Assembly: GCF_000258425.1 (NCBI RefSeq)
Contig: NC_017461.1
Span: forward strand, 874,949-898,948
Direction: 5' to 3'
Length of the DNA stretch: 24,000 bases
DNA from: Fervidicoccus fontis Kam940
GTDB lineage: Archaea > Thermoproteota > Thermoprotei_A > Sulfolobales > Fervidicoccaceae
Shown: piece after piece, positions 23,830 to 24,000 of the stretch
Layout of the letters: the number at the start of each line of letters is the position of its first letter
Numbering within the stretch: position 1 is the first letter of the stretch
The notes under the pieces: generated by a model
Told to the model about the DNA's origin: nothing
Database searches by the model: none
What the model saw: the letters and a program-made list of their open reading frames with translations, nothing else
Translations under genes and position numbers: made by a program

Positions 23830-24000
23830 TCAATATTCAACAAAATTGTCATCTTTATCGATTACTGGTAAAGAGGAAAGCCTATGTTTAAGCATTACGT
23901 TCAGTGCTTTGTTAGCATCATCGTCTGAATTAATTACCAGTTCTTTTGTACTTTCACAGTCTTTAACTTTTAGTTCCATAAAAAGAGGGGTACAGAATGT
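23830..24000 (-). CDS. C-terminal part of a CBS-domain protein (ORF open to the window edge)
   Basis: The minus-strand translation is ...TFCTPLFMELKVKDCESTKELVINSDDDANKALNVMLKHRLSSLPVIDKDDNFVEY*, with the stop at 23830-23832. ALNVMLKHRLSSLPVID fits the CBS core pattern. It is shorter than the ORF-track cutoff. An internal ATG at 23979 would give only 49 aa. Confidence 0.45.
   Translation of the reverse strand, partial: TFCTPLFMELKVKDCESTKELVINSDDDANKALNVMLKHRLSSLPVIDKDDNFVEY

Noticed and set aside
1-24000. Search for CRISPR arrays, IS elements/transposases, integrases, toxin-antitoxin pairs, defence-system genes and rRNA/tRNA genes.
   Set aside because: There are no regularly spaced direct repeats, no transposase/integrase-like ORFs, no terminal inverted repeats flanking genes and no rRNA-like sequence. 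Apart from the intein, the window looks like core chromosome.

Overview
AT-rich archaeal chromosomal window. Gene content and protein signatures point to a crenarchaeal (Thermoproteota, Sulfolobales-like) thermophile. The centrepiece is a complete, tightly packed crenarchaeal-type archaellum operon on the + strand (3087..10641): arlB, a small 2-TM ORF, arlX, arlG, arlF, arlH, arlI and arlJ. A membrane-tethered double-wHTH regulator with ArnR-like architecture lies upstream. The strongest observation is that the motor ATPase gene arlI carries an in-frame 275-aa intein (7662..8486). It sits immediately before the conserved Thr of the His-box and has recognisable splicing blocks A, B, F and G, but no intact homing-endonuclease motif. 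Secondary observations follow. (1) ArlX lacks a membrane anchor, and a translationally coupled 62-aa 2-TM ORF sits directly upstream, which may represent a split ArlX. (2) A candidate C/D box sRNA lies at 1368..1421, and its guides look complementary to conserved rRNA segments. (3) A GC-rich inverted repeat sits in the arlB promoter. (4) A TRASH/L24e-like CCHC mini-protein is coupled to a ferritin-like VIT1 (MbfA-type) iron transporter. (5) ArlH has a variant P-loop. (6) A three-gene 2-oxoacid:ferredoxin oxidoreductase has a gamma-delta fusion with a degenerate gamma N-terminal motif. The rest is housekeeping: metG, a class I/II aminotransferase, class II lysS, proS and a GT4 glycosyltransferase. 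I see no CRISPR array, transposase/IS element, rRNA or convincing tRNA. All calls come from reading the translated ORFs and the raw sequence; no database searches were run.
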